From Squalus acanthias (taxonomy: Eukaryota), in contig CM059437.1 of the NCBI GenBank assembly GCA_030390025.1, positions 54,374,001 through 54,438,000 on the forward strand: a stretch of DNA of 64,000 nt, in the 5' to 3' direction. Below are positions 63,823-64,000 of this stretch, in pieces. The notes below the pieces were generated by a model, which saw only the letters and a program-made list of their open reading frames with translations, was not told the origin of the DNA and did no database searches. A program made the translations under genes and the position numbers. Within the stretch, counting starts at the first letter, position 1. The number at the start of each line of letters is the position of its first letter.

Positions 63823-64000
63823 AAGGGATAGAAGGATATGCAGATAGGCTTAGATGAAGTAGGGTGGGAGGAGGCTCGTGTGGAGAATGAACACTGGCAC
63901 AGACCAGTTGGGCCGAATGGCCTGTTTCTATGCTGGATATTCTATGTAATTTCATGTAATAATCTAAGAAAGGTTGGCGCCGTTGAGCGTGATTATTCTC

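Noticed and set aside
63495-63847. Mirror-image ORFs on both strands
   Set aside because: Artefact of the perfect inverted repeat.

Overview
Eukaryotic genomic DNA, most likely from a cartilaginous fish (shark or ray). It holds a tandem array of immunoglobulin light-chain clusters of the elasmobranch lambda (type II/NS3) class, with V and J already fused in the genomic sequence and no RSS. Order on the + strand: cluster 1 (L 10927-10975, VJ 11124-11474, C 14485-14807; open 240-aa spliced frame); cluster 2 (L 33461-33509, VJ 33658-34009 pseudogene, C 37369-37691 intact); an orphan C exon with no V/J (45185-45507); cluster 3 (L 60584-60632, VJ 60781-61131; C expected just past the window end). 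The array contains a ~30.7-kb-offset duplication whose 5' breakpoint lies inside a J-C intron. The rest is mostly transposons: CR1 LINEs, PIF/Harbinger elements (transposase plus a 3-exon Myb/SANT gene), Harbinger-type MITEs, Penelope-like fragments and mini/microsatellites. Most interesting: (i) cluster 1 encodes a light chain with rewired cysteines (two extra V-domain Cys, an extra C-domain Cys, loss of the heavy-chain-pairing C-terminal Cys); (ii) two ~230-bp near-perfect palindromic insertions with 13-14-bp target-site duplications, each centred on a minimal hammerhead ribozyme motif; (iii) the orphan C exon, whose breakpoint coincides with a MITE site; (iv) an E-box-rich minisatellite 3' of C. 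All alignments and counts were done by eye, and many transposon boundaries are approximate.
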